Shown one piece after another: positions 10,541 through 19,425 of a stretch of DNA of 57,098 nt. The position numbers were made by a program, and so were the translations under genes. Below the pieces are notes generated by a model. It was not told the DNA's origin and made no database searches. It saw only the letters and a list, made by a program, of their open reading frames with translations. Source of the stretch: Bdellovibrionota bacterium (GTDB lineage Bacteria; Bdellovibrionota_C; UBA2361; OMIW01); assembly GCA_044345055.1 (NCBI GenBank), contig JBIJBT010000005.1:1-57098 (forward strand), written 5' to 3'. Each line of letters starts with the position of its first letter. Positions within the stretch are counted from its first letter, which is position 1.

Positions 10541-11962
10541 ATGAATGAAAAGCAGACAAGCTCAGATTCTTTCCCCTCAAGCCAGATGACCAATGAGCAG
10601 CTTGTTTCCTATTTCAATGACCACCTCGATAGCTACATCGATGAGTGGAAGGAATTTCTTCGATTTGCGAGCATCAGCGCCGACGATTCGTATCATCCTG
10701 ACTGTCTTGAGTGCGCTGATTGGGTCAAAAAATTTCTCGATAAATTAGGATTCCGTACAGAGCTTCTGGAGACCCCTTTGCTTCCTCTCGTGTACGGTGA
10801 ATTGCAGGGCGATCCCGCTTTTCCGACTTTGCTGATCTACGGTCATTACGACGTGCAGCCACCCGACCCACTGGAATTATGGAAAACGCCCCCTTTTGAG
10901 CCTGATCTCCGCGAAGACCGTCTGTGGGCGCGGGGCGCTGAAGACAATAAGGGGCAGCTTTTCTTTATATTGAAATCGCTCGAGCTGATGCGAGCGAAAG
11001 GTTTTTTAAAGGGAACGGTGCGCGTTTTAATTGAGGGTGGAGAAGAGATCGCAAGCCGCGGATTGGTCGACGTTCTTGAGAAATATCGGGGCCTTTTTAA
11101 GGCAGATGTTCTGCTGGTGAGCGATACTGGAGTTGCTAATCTTGACGAGGGATATCTCTGTGTAGGGTTGCGCGGTATCGCGGAGATTGAATATGCCCTT
11201 TACGGTCCGAATCGGGATCTTCACTCAGGTATTTTTGGAGGGCTTGTCCGAAACCCAGCGATTGAGCTCTCGAAGTTGATAGCGAGCTGCTTTGACTCCT
11301 CGGGGAAAATCTCGGTGCCCGGTTTTTTTGATGGGTTTGTCGAGCCCTCCGAGGAACTTAAGGATGCAGCTGAAGTAGGGATCGGATTTACTGCGGAAGA
11401 GATCGAGCATATGTTGGGTGTTCCACCAAATGGAGGTGAACAGGGAAGAGGACTCGGTGAGCGGAGGGGGCTCCATCCAACTCTTGAGGTAAACGGTCTT
11501 TACGCTGGTTATACTGGCCCAGGTGGAAAGACGATTATCCCGCAGTGCGCACGGGTGAAAATTTCGATTAGGTTGGTTCCTAATCTTGATCCAGCTAGGT
11601 GTCTTTCGAGCTTGACCGCGCATCTCACCGCGCAAATTCCGCAGGGTATGCGGCTTGAAGTCGTTCGCACGGATAAAACGGGAGGCGTTCTTCGGGTTGA
11701 GCCTGATGGTCGCTACGTTAAGGTTGCAAAGTCGGTGCTCGCTGAACTACACGGAGCTGAGCCAAAGCTACTCTGGGAGGGAGGCAGTGTTCCGATTTTA
11801 AGTAAACTCGCATCAGCATCAGGCGCTGAACCTATACTCGTAGGATACGGACTTGAGAGAGACAATATTCACTCTCCGAATGAAAACTTTGGACTTGATC
11901 AAGCAGAGAAGGGCTTTGTCTACTATGGGCTTCTGCTCCAGAGGCTAAATACTCCACTATAG
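10541..11962 (+). CDS. M20 family metallopeptidase (dipeptidase-like)
   Basis: YGHYDVQPP, ARGAEDNKGQ, EGGEE, DLHSG, NIHSPNE motifs. Confidence 0.9.
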   Translation: MNEKQTSSDSFPSSQMTNEQLVSYFNDHLDSYIDEWKEFLRFASISADDSYHPDCLECADWVKKFLDKLGFRTELLETPLLPLVYGELQGDPAFPTLLIYGHYDVQPPDPLELWKTPPFEPDLREDRLWARGAEDNKGQLFFILKSLELMRAKGFLKGTVRVLIEGGEEIASRGLVDVLEKYRGLFKADVLLVSDTGVANLDEGYLCVGLRGIAEIEYALYGPNRDLHSGIFGGLVRNPAIELSKLIASCFDSSGKISVPGFFDGFVEPSEELKDAAEVGIGFTAEEIEHMLGVPPNGGEQGRGLGERRGLHPTLEVNGLYAGYTGPGGKTIIPQCARVKISIRLVPNLDPARCLSSLTAHLTAQIPQGMRLEVVRTDKTGGVLRVEPDGRYVKVAKSVLAELHGAEPKLLWEGGSVPILSKLASASGAEPILVGYGLERDNIHSPNENFGLDQAEKGFVYYGLLLQRLNTPL

Positions 11963-11989
11963 AAATTGATGAGCTAAATTCCTATCTTT

Positions 11990-13282
11990 ATGGACGCAAA
12001 CGGATCCGAACTCAACCGCAATGGTACGCATCAAGCCGAGCATGTTCCGCTTGCAGAGCGTTTTCGTCCCGAAACGTGGGCGGCTTTTCAACACGAGGGA
12101 ATTCGGGAACGGGCGATTTTGGAGCGATTGCGGGAGGGGCGGGGCTCGGTGCCATCGCTCATTTTATGGGGACCACCTGGAGTTGGAAAAACATCTCTTG
12201 CTCGATTGGTCGGTTCCACTTTTCCTGTAACTTTTGTTGAGTTATCCGCTGTACTAAGCGGCGTTAAGGAGGTGCGTGCCGTTGTTGATGCCGCCCAACA
12301 CCAACATCAACAACGACAAACCGTTCTCTTTCTTGATGAGATACACCGCTTTAATAAAGCGCAACAGGACGCATTCTTGCCTCACATTGAGCGAGGCACT
12401 ATTGCCCTAATAGGGGCGACTACTGAGAATCCCTCGTTTTATCTCACCTCTGCGCTTCTTTCGCGGGTTCGTGTAATTCAGCTCAACCCACTTCCGAAAC
12501 AAGCTCTTTCGACAATTCTTGATCGCGCCCTCAGAGATGCGTCGATATCTTGCACCGACGAAATTCGCGAGATAGTACTTGAGGCTGCTGAGGGTGATGC
12601 ACGTAGTCTTCTATCGATGGTAGAGGAGCTTTCCGGGGTAGAGGTGCCACTCGAGCGTGATGCCCTTCTTGAGCGATTTAGTCGCTATAGAATGATACGA
12701 CACGACAGAGCTGGCGATAGTCATTACGATATCGCATCCGCATTCATCAAAAGTCTGCGCGGCTCTCATCCTGATGCTGCCCTTTATTGGGGATTTAGGA
12801 TGCTTGAGGCGGGGGACGATCCAGCATTTGTGATTCGCCGCATGATAATTTTCGCCTCAGAAGATATCGGAAACGCCGATCCGAGGGCGCTGCAGCTGGC
12901 GGTTGCAACAGCAGAGGCGTATGATCGAATTGGGTTCCCCGAGGCGCGAATCCCGATAGCTCAGTGCATCACCTATCTTGCGACCGCGCCTAAGTCGAAT
13001 CGAAGCTATCTTGCGATGCACGGAGCGATAAAGGCAATCCGCAATTTCCCGAGAGCCTCTGTCCCTCTTCATTTGCGCAACGCGCCAACGAAGATAATGC
13101 AGGAGGCGGGTTACGGTGAAGGATATCTCTATCCGCACGATCTAAATGGAGCAGTCGATGCGACGAGTAATTTCTTGCCCGAGGAGATCTCTGCGTTGAC
13201 CCTATACGAACCGAGCGATAGAGGGTACGAGCTCCGCATTCAGGAGCGGATGAATCAACTAAAGGCGCTCCGAAATCACTGA
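11990..13282 (+). CDS. rarA: Replication-associated recombination protein A (MgsA/RarA AAA+ ATPase)
   Basis: GPPGVGKT, LDEIHRFNKAQQD, GATTENP, SAFIKSLRGS, SEDIGNADP, VPLHLRNAPT. Confidence 0.96.
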   Translation: MDANGSELNRNGTHQAEHVPLAERFRPETWAAFQHEGIRERAILERLREGRGSVPSLILWGPPGVGKTSLARLVGSTFPVTFVELSAVLSGVKEVRAVVDAAQHQHQQRQTVLFLDEIHRFNKAQQDAFLPHIERGTIALIGATTENPSFYLTSALLSRVRVIQLNPLPKQALSTILDRALRDASISCTDEIREIVLEAAEGDARSLLSMVEELSGVEVPLERDALLERFSRYRMIRHDRAGDSHYDIASAFIKSLRGSHPDAALYWGFRMLEAGDDPAFVIRRMIIFASEDIGNADPRALQLAVATAEAYDRIGFPEARIPIAQCITYLATAPKSNRSYLAMHGAIKAIRNFPRASVPLHLRNAPTKIMQEAGYGEGYLYPHDLNGAVDATSNFLPEEISALTLYEPSDRGYELRIQERMNQLKALRNH

Positions 13283-13310
13283 AAACGACTATTTTTTAAA
13301 TCAGGACTAC

Positions 13311-13754
13311 ATGCGATTTGTTCTTCTTCTCTGCGCCCTTCTTACCGGATGCTTGTTCGTTCCCTTTATTCAGGCTGCAAATGACGTTGGAGTCACCTCT
13401 GGTAGTCGTCGTGTAAAATTGGGTGAGACCGTCAAAAAGTATGAGGAGGCCGTATATTGGGGAAATATCGGTGATGCACTTGCGCTCGTTGCGCCAGAGA
13501 AACGTGATGATATGCAGCGTCACTTCTCCGCGCTCGGTCGCCGTGCTCAGGTCGTCTCAACGAATGTTGTATCGACCTCATTTGACGATGAAACAAACAG
13601 AGGGAGGGTCGTTGTTGCGACCAAGCGTTACGCGAAGAGTTCCCTCGTCGTTACTGAGAGTTTCGAAGAGCAGCTCTGGGTCTTCTCGTTAGGGGATGGA
13701 TGGCAGCTCCACGATACGCACAGTATGACTGAAGAAGAAGCGATTGGGTCATAA
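13311..13754 (+). CDS. Hypothetical exported/lipoprotein
   Basis: Signal peptide with LTGC lipobox-like motif; operonic spacing with neighbours. Confidence 0.7.
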   Translation: MRFVLLLCALLTGCLFVPFIQAANDVGVTSGSRRVKLGETVKKYEEAVYWGNIGDALALVAPEKRDDMQRHFSALGRRAQVVSTNVVSTSFDDETNRGRVVVATKRYAKSSLVVTESFEEQLWVFSLGDGWQLHDTHSMTEEEAIGS

Positions 13755-13768
13755 AGGGGAGAGCTTAT

Positions 13769-14596
13769 ATGAGGCTCGCAAAAGCTCTGCATTCGCTCCT
13801 TCTGAGTGCTATCTTAATCGTTGAATGCGCCCTCCTTGGAGGGTGCGGCACGATCCTGAGAGAGACAGAAAAAAACTCCGAGCAGCAGCTTTTGGTCGAT
13901 CCTCTTGAAGCTCCTCTACAATCTCCCTTTCAGCTCTCCGTTGCAGATGAATCGTACGATGGAGAGAAGCTCTCTGTGAGCGGCACGGTCGTAGGAGCGA
14001 TTCCTTGGGCACCTCATGAGGTGGCGATTCAACTTGTTGGTTACAGAGAAGGCAAGGAAGCAGTGCGAGCTACAACCTCAGTAGCGGCTCTTGCTCAGTT
14101 CCAAGATCCCGCCGAAGAGATCGAGCCCGTAATTGATGCAGGTGGTGAGGTTCCATTTGCAGCAACAATCAATGCCCGCGAGCTCGCCCACTATCAGCTC
14201 GAGCTACTCTGGGGAAAGGACGCTCAGTACGCTCTCGCAATTGCACAGCGACCGACTCTTGCTGAAGTCCGAACGAATATCGAATCGTGCCAGAGTCCCG
14301 ATGAATGCCAAGAGCAATTCCGAGTATCAGCAACCCTCCACAATGGCGGCGGCGCGCGAGTTGATGAGGTTACCCTCGGAATTTCCTACGGCTGGGTTCC
14401 TGAAGGAGAAATGTCGCCATCGCCCATCACCGATCGCGACACGCCTGAAGGAGAAGAGCTCCTGACCCTAAGCGACCTTTCTCTAAATCCAGGTGACGAC
14501 TATCCTCTTTCGATCGTAGTACCGATGACACCTTCCAACAGAACAGGAGGACACTTTCAGCCGACGATTCGGGTTGTTGCAGCGAAGGTGAGTTAG
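13769..14596 (+). CDS. Hypothetical lipoprotein (beta-rich)
   Basis: Hydrophobic N-terminus with LGGC lipobox; GGGGAG RBS. Confidence 0.7.
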   Translation: MRLAKALHSLLLSAILIVECALLGGCGTILRETEKNSEQQLLVDPLEAPLQSPFQLSVADESYDGEKLSVSGTVVGAIPWAPHEVAIQLVGYREGKEAVRATTSVAALAQFQDPAEEIEPVIDAGGEVPFAATINARELAHYQLELLWGKDAQYALAIAQRPTLAEVRTNIESCQSPDECQEQFRVSATLHNGGGARVDEVTLGISYGWVPEGEMSPSPITDRDTPEGEELLTLSDLSLNPGDDYPLSIVVPMTPSNRTGGHFQPTIRVVAAKVS

Positions 14597-14816
14597 GGCT
14601 CTTTTTATGGGCGAATTGCCCGAAATTAAGAGCATTTGCGAAATGCGGGGGATACTCATTCAGCTGCATGGGGTCGGCAGGCCGACGGCCTGCGACTCTC
14701 TGCTTTTACCGCCTGATTAATTTGGCTGAAGGGCGTGTGGTTTTGTGACTTTGTGGAGCGTCTTTTTGATTTCACGCTCCACGAATATGCAAGAGGCTAC
14801 TTATTACCTCTATACA

Positions 14817-14847
14817 TTACCTCTATACCTCAGAGGTATAGAGGTAA
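14817..14847. repeat. 31-bp palindrome copy 1 (TTACCTCTATACCTC-A-GAGGTATAGAGGTAA)
   Basis: Perfect 15-1-15 inverted repeat; 13-bp tandem duplication of the left arm at 14803-14815. Confidence 0.9.
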
Positions 14848-14967
14848 GGGGGTGCCGGTAAGGTCTTTATGGATCGTGATGTACGCCGGGGCTTCTATAT
14901 CAAAGTAGTCGGCATCCCAGACTTCCATGTCGGTGATGCGCTAATTGCTCACCACCAATTTTTCCAT
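14848..14967 (-). pseudogene. N-terminal fragment of a hypothetical protein (MEKLVVSN*RITDMEVWDADYFDIEAPAYITIHKDLTG)
   Basis: ATG 5 nt after the upstream stop, in-frame TAG at codon 9, protein-like sequence ends at palindrome copy 1; family resemblance from memory only. Confidence 0.55.
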
Positions 14968-14972
14968 CTTTT

Positions 14973-15530
14973 TCACTCAGCACACGCCAAACCGGCTTCT
15001 GACCAGAATTGGTCGAAATCATCGCCCACACCCCAGCCGACGTTTCGTCCCAACTGGCGTACCCGGTCGAGCCGGGGCAGAAATCCTGCCTGTTGCTTCT
15101 TGGGCAGAGCCAGTACATATTTCAATGCCTGCTCGAACATCCGCACCAGTGCGGCATAAAAGCCTTCGTCATCTATGCCGCAACCAGCCAGAAAATCGAA
15201 CACTTCCTCACAATAGAAAACTGTGAGTTCGGCCAAACCCTCGGGCTGGCCTAGCGCCTTTTTGTAGTCGCTGATGGCTTTCTTGGCCTTGCTTACAGAA
15301 ATTGGATTTCGAAGATCCGGTGGATTGATCCAGCAGATGATCGCATCCTTGTAGGGCTCCAGCGGGTCATCGCCCAGCCCGAAGCGGGCATGCAGGAAAG
15401 CCTTATTGTACTTGCTGGCCGCATAAAGGTCTTGCACCAGCCCCAGTAAACCAGCACGGTCGAAATCGGCTAGCTTGGCTTTGACATCGGTCCAGCTGAG
15501 ATTAGCTCTCGGTGTTTTCTTCGTGGCCAT
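14973..15530 (-). CDS. Hypothetical alpha-helical protein
   Basis: 185-aa ORF operonic with rhuM, GC-richer codon usage than host genes; loosely resembles DUF6155-like proteins. Confidence 0.75.
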   Translation of the reverse strand: MATKKTPRANLSWTDVKAKLADFDRAGLLGLVQDLYAASKYNKAFLHARFGLGDDPLEPYKDAIICWINPPDLRNPISVSKAKKAISDYKKALGQPEGLAELTVFYCEEVFDFLAGCGIDDEGFYAALVRMFEQALKYVLALPKKQQAGFLPRLDRVRQLGRNVGWGVGDDFDQFWSEAGLACAE

Positions 15531-15541
15531 GCGCTTCAGTC

Positions 15542-16606
15542 CTAGTCCTTGTCAGGTTTGTTGCCCGATTCCACCTGTTTAATTAGCCTATCGAAATCGC
15601 TTTCAAACAACCGATCCTGCACGATGCGGTATTTCTCGAATTCGCTCTCAGCGTGGGCTTTGGCGATTTCCGCCGTGACCTTGCCTGCGTCCTGCAACAC
15701 TTCTCGGTCAGTGGCCTCGATGAAACGGTTGAGGCGGGTTTCCCAGTCTTGCATCGTCATCGGGATCCTGCGTTGTGCCATGTCCTCGGCCACATCCAGA
15801 TAGGCGTTGACCAGACGGGAGAGTTGAGCTAATTCGGGCTCGGTGAGGTAATTCTTGACGACTACGACATCGAACTTCTGAATCTTCCCCGCTGGCGCAT
15901 CCTTCCAGGTTTTCAAGCCCATGTTGGGCTGGTCGGCATCGGCGCGGTAGTAGACCACTTCCGCCGCTGTTTGGCCGTGGATGGCCCAGTGCAACTTGTT
16001 CTGCACCGTGGCGAAGAAGCGCTTCGTGGCCTGCGCCGTCACGTCGTAGTCAATGGCTGTGGCGTAGATGTCGGTGATCTTCTGGTAGAACTTGCGCTCC
16101 GATATGCGAATCTCGCGGATGCGCTGCAGCTGCTCTTCGAAATACTGATCGGTGAGGACCGAACCACCGGCTCTGATCCGATCGTCATCCATCACGTAGG
16201 CCTTTATGGTGAATTGCTCGATGATGCCCGTGGCCCACTTGCGGAATTGGACTGCGCGCTCGGAATTCACCTTGTAGCCCACCGCGATAATAGCGGGCAG
16301 GCTGTAGTGCTGGGTGTCGTAATTCTTTCCATCGGCAGCAGTTATTCGAAATTTTCGAATAACTGCTGGTTCCTCCAGCTCGCTGTCACTGAATACCTTT
16401 TTCAGGTGGTAGTTGATGGTCTGGGTTTCTACGTCGTAGAGGGTGCCCATCATCTTCTGCGTGACCCAGATGCTCTCGTCTGCATAGACAGCCTCGACGC
16501 CCCCCTGGCCGCTGGCGGCGACGAAGGTCAGGTACTCGGCCGCCGAGGAGCGGACGAGGGAAACCTCGCGCTTAGTGGAGACCTGCGGCGGCTTTCTCTT
16601 GGTCAT
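15542..16606 (-). CDS. rhuM: RhuM family (virulence RhuM-like) protein
   Basis: IWVTQKMMGTLY, AVGYKVNSERAVQFRKWAT, IREIRISERKFYQKITDIYAT, VQNKLHWAIHGQTAAE. Confidence 0.9.
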   Translation of the reverse strand: MTKRKPPQVSTKREVSLVRSSAAEYLTFVAASGQGGVEAVYADESIWVTQKMMGTLYDVETQTINYHLKKVFSDSELEEPAVIRKFRITAADGKNYDTQHYSLPAIIAVGYKVNSERAVQFRKWATGIIEQFTIKAYVMDDDRIRAGGSVLTDQYFEEQLQRIREIRISERKFYQKITDIYATAIDYDVTAQATKRFFATVQNKLHWAIHGQTAAEVVYYRADADQPNMGLKTWKDAPAGKIQKFDVVVVKNYLTEPELAQLSRLVNAYLDVAEDMAQRRIPMTMQDWETRLNRFIEATDREVLQDAGKVTAEIAKAHAESEFEKYRIVQDRLFESDFDRLIKQVESGNKPDKD

Positions 16607-16660
16607 TTCTCCAACCCTGCTGTGTTGTCATGCGTCATAGGAAGAAGATTTACAACTACT

Positions 16661-16691
16661 TTACCTCTATCGCTCAGAGGTATAGAGGTAG
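16661..16691. repeat. 31-bp palindrome copy 2
   Basis: TTACCTCTATCGCTC-A-GAGGTATAGAGGTAG, 28/31 identical to copy 1. Confidence 0.88.
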
Positions 16692-16808
16692 CTCCGCTAC
16701 TTGGGTTTGTGCTCATGCCTCGTTACTCTATCGTGTAAAATTTGGGTCTAAATAGTCTCTACCCACTTGCTTGTCCACCTCTTTGCTTGCGAACCTTCCG
16801 CAGCGCTA

Positions 16809-17414
16809 TCACAAATCTTCCGTCTTAAATTCGCAGTAGCCTTCATAGTAATAACTCACATCGATGCCCTTCATAAAAGTTTCGCGATCGTTGATTTTAT
16901 CGGTTAATGCGGCAGCTAGGAGCTGTTTGATTTCAACATCCTTAACGACACTGCGCTCCATGGCAGAGAGGTAGGCGTCTTTATCAACTTGATTCCAATC
17001 GACTACTTTTTGGATCTCCTGCTTTAAAAGCAAATCGAGCCAGATGCGGGTAGCGCGACCATTCCCTTCGCGAAAAGGGTGGGCGATGTTCATCTCTACA
17101 TATTTTTCGATAATTTCATTGAATGTGCTTTGCGGCATACCATCGATGTACGCCAACGACTGTTTAAGATACATCAGCGGTGCAAAGCGGAAATTCCCCT
17201 TGGCGATATTTACCTCACGCATTTTGCCCGCAAAATTGTAAATATCCTCAAACAAAACCTCGTGAATCCGCGCCAGCCCCGAGAACGTACCCACCTCTAT
17301 CGTGTTTATTGCACCACTCTCGAAGAGCTGTTTGGCCTTCTGTTTACTGATTTTCTCCTCGGCTTTCGCGAGCTCAACCTGGTTGGTGATATTCAGCTTG
17401 TTCTCTAATGCCAT
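16809..17414 (-). CDS. fic: Fic-domain adenylyltransferase, class III (NmFic-like)
   Basis: [12 protein letters not shown] catalytic motif; C-terminal autoinhibitory SYYYEG motif; start MALENKL at 17414. Confidence 0.92.
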   Translation of the reverse strand: MALENKLNITNQVELAKAEEKISKQKAKQLFESGAINTIEVGTFSGLARIHEVLFEDIYNFAGKMREVNIAKGNFRFAPLMYLKQSLAYIDGMPQSTFNEIIEKYVEMNIAHPFREGNGRATRIWLDLLLKQEIQKVVDWNQVDKDAYLSAMERSVVKDVEIKQLLAAALTDKINDRETFMKGIDVSYYYEGYCEFKTEDL

Positions 17415-17599
17415 GATGTTTGTTCTTCCGTGAAGGGTAGGAAAATCAATATTCTCAACGATATCCGAGGCATGCCATCTCCTCAAGTGATTTCGTAGCC
17501 GCTTGTGGTGCCGTCTGGCTGTTAGGTCGAGATTTTGCAAGAAGGACAGTGACACTTGAACCGCGTTGGTATCAGGACTGTCCTATACACCCCTTACTT

Positions 17600-17630
17600 G
17601 GACCTCTATGCCTCTGAGTTAAAGAGGTCC
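17600..17630. repeat. 31-bp palindrome copy 3
   Basis: GGACCTCTATGCCTC-T-GAGTTAAAGAGGTCC; same core with paired TT/AA to GG/CC end change. Confidence 0.82.
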
Positions 17631-17634
17631 ATAT

Positions 17635-17812
17635 CGGAGACACTCTACTCTGGCCAACATCTCACCAGCAGAATTCGAATGAAGGAACGCTGCTTGAAGT
17701 GCCGCAAAGAATTTTCCATCGGCGGCGGCGAGCGAAGCCATACTCAGCTCAGCCGACGCCGCCTGTGGAAAACTCGCTCTTCTCTACTGTCAATTTTTCG
17801 AGGACAAGATCA
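17635..17812 (+). mobile_element. IS3-family remnant: transposase C-terminal tip and right end
   Basis: Frame 17635-17682 reads RRHSTLANISPAEFE*, typical of IS3 OrfB termini; GC hairpin; IS3-like right end TGTCAATTTTTCGAGGACAAGATCA ending in CA. Confidence 0.75.
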
Positions 17813-17897
17813 AACTGTCGGCCATGAAGCCGTAACCTGCGGCTATAGGCGGCAGCGCTCCGTTGACCAGAACGCCGAGTTTACTCTCGTTAGCGCA

Positions 17898-18449
17898 TCA
17901 CGCTTCGCAGGAGATCTCAATTTTTAGAAGATCTCCCCTTGTGCTGGCCGAAGGTAAAGCTTGGATTATGGATACGGCTCTACCAGAAACGTCAAACGGT
18001 ACGGTGGTGCTAAAACCGCCTAGATTATCCCCGAGGACGGACGAAAGCTTGCCTACCGAATTCAGGCTGGTCTTTCCCACGCGCGATACATCAATCACAA
18101 GTGATGATACAGAGGGATTTTCCTCCGACTCCCGCGAGGTCATCACCACAACACACAACGTTCCGGCGAAACTGCCTTGTCTGAAGTCACGCTTGCCAAC
18201 GCACAGGTTCTGATGGAGCCAAGCCTCTTCGCCTACTTTCTGCAGATCGAGCGGAAAAGAGGAGAATTTCTGGCCGTATCTCGTGCGAGGCTCTAATCGA
18301 GTTGCATTATACCCTAAAGTTTCGTGCTTCGAATCCCTTCGTGACTGCCAAAGATTTATTTTACATTCTAGCTGGTTTCCCTCTGACTGAGCGAGAGCTG
18401 ACGCACCCGTGAGAGTCAGAAGGAGGGCTAGAAGACGAAGTATTCGCAT
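17898..18449 (-). CDS. Hypothetical secreted protein
   Basis: Signal peptide MRILRLLALLLTLTGASALA; four Cys in mature part; GAGGA RBS. Confidence 0.7.
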   Translation of the reverse strand: MRILRLLALLLTLTGASALAQSEGNQLECKINLWQSRRDSKHETLGYNATRLEPRTRYGQKFSSFPLDLQKVGEEAWLHQNLCVGKRDFRQGSFAGTLCVVVMTSRESEENPSVSSLVIDVSRVGKTSLNSVGKLSSVLGDNLGGFSTTVPFDVSGRAVSIIQALPSASTRGDLLKIEISCEA

Positions 18450-18514
18450 GGCTATTTTTCCTCATGATAATAGTTCAAAGAGATCGGCTCGATAAAAACA
18501 CCGCGATGGATGCA

Positions 18515-18530
18515 AGCAACTTGTATGCCA
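18515..18530 (-). promoter_or_regulatory. Putative sigma54 (-24/-12) promoter
   Basis: Minus strand TGGCAT-ACAAG-TTGCT fits TGGCAC-N5-TTGCW (one mismatch, exact spacing), ~65 nt upstream of the 18449 start. Confidence 0.6.
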
Positions 18531-18627
18531 CCAACTAGATTTTGCCAATTCACCAACCAAATTGGTCCTGATGGGTAGGTAGTCACGATGCTCCCGATTT
18601 GATTAACGAGATTTTGACGCCTCGTAT

Positions 18628-18659
18628 GGATCTCATATGCCTCTGAGGTAAAGAGGTCC
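18628..18659. repeat. Palindrome copy 4
   Basis: GGATCTCATATGCCTC-T-GAGGTAAAGAGGTCC, near-identical to copy 3 with a 1-nt insertion. Confidence 0.8.
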
Positions 18660-18816
18660 TATACGAATCGTTCATACCGAGCAGTTTTTTAATAAGCTTA
18701 ATGCTCTGAAACGAGAGCGGCAGATGAAGGGATGGACCCGAGCGAAAAAGGAGGCGTTGATTGCGGGAAATGTGGAGGGGGGAAAGTTTTTGGCGAAGAG
18801 GAGGACGGGGTTGTGA
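18652..18816 (+). pseudogene. GIY-YIG nuclease, C-terminal half only
   Basis: RGPIRIVHTEQFFNKLNALKRERQMKGWTRAKKEALIAG aligns with the 19426 ORF (YTEQFENEADAFKRERQIKGWTREKKEALILG); N-terminal half absent, in-frame TAA inside palindrome 4. Confidence 0.85.
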
Positions 18817-18853
18817 TTGATTCTTTTTGGAGGTTTTTGCTGACGCTCGCTTG

Positions 18854-18947
18854 ATTCGACTCGCTAACGCTCTCTCCCAGTCCATTCACCTCGGGCAAGA
18901 ATGGCTTGCCATGAGCGAGGGCCTTTGGCCCGAGTCGAATGGAGGTG
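18854..18947. repeat. TTCGACTCG hairpin plus duplicated tmRNA 3' end (att-like)
   Basis: ATTCGACTCG (18854-63) pairs with CGAGTCGAAT (18931-40); 18902-18919 = 20005-20022 and 18931-18947 = 20036-20052. Confidence 0.85.
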
Positions 18948-19212
18948 GTATGCACCAATTCGAACCATTACAGAGGCGCCGTTAGAGTTCCCTCTATATT
19001 TAGAAGATCCGCACCAGTATCAGCTGCTTAGTGCTAAATCCAAGCGTCTAAGAGCCGCTGGACTAAGCTGGGTCAAAATTGGCAAACAATTAAAGGTCAC
19101 AGATAAGACAGCCAAGAAGGGTGTGTTAGTAGTATTGTTCATTTCAGTGCTCCCTGAAGTGGCAGCTGCGGAAAAAGATCGCAGCGTTAGACGCTTCGAA
19201 TTAATGGGTTAA
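18940..19212 (+). pseudogene. Orphan HTH-containing fragment starting at the att-like site
   Basis: WRWYAPIRT...YQLLSAKSKRLRAAGLSWVKIGKQLKVTDKTAKKG resembles a resolvase-type HTH; no convincing own start. Confidence 0.5.
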
Positions 19213-19425
19213 GTTTAAAAGAGGTTTAAGTAAAAGAATGCTTTCGACGTGTGGGAAACGTCACATCAAGGACGGAGTGCTGAACTTTGAACAATTATTA
19301 GGGAACACTTTTCTCCTAACGAATAATTTCCCAGTCCACCAGATTGTTTGAGGTAGTCAATTATTTTGATATCTATCGATCTCTAAGAGGAGCAACTTTT
19401 CGCCAGAATATCCGATTATAGAGAT

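Noticed and set aside
14671..14782. Two hairpins (GCAGGCC/GGCCTGC and GTGGAGCGT/ACGCTCCAC) at the island's left edge
   Set aside because: Single copies; could be terminators; no tmRNA-derived att sequence found here, so not called as an attachment site
15971..16738. 255-aa plus-strand ORF
   Set aside because: Antisense shadow of GC-rich rhuM; no motifs
17453..17527. attC-like element on the minus strand (ACCTAAC...GTTGAGA), and GCTAAC after the 17898 stop
   Set aside because: R' box imperfect, weak stem, no integron integrase in the window; would need IntegronFinder
14817..18659. CRISPR interpretation of the 31-bp palindromes
   Set aside because: Spacing is 0.9-1.8 kb with whole genes between; no cas genes
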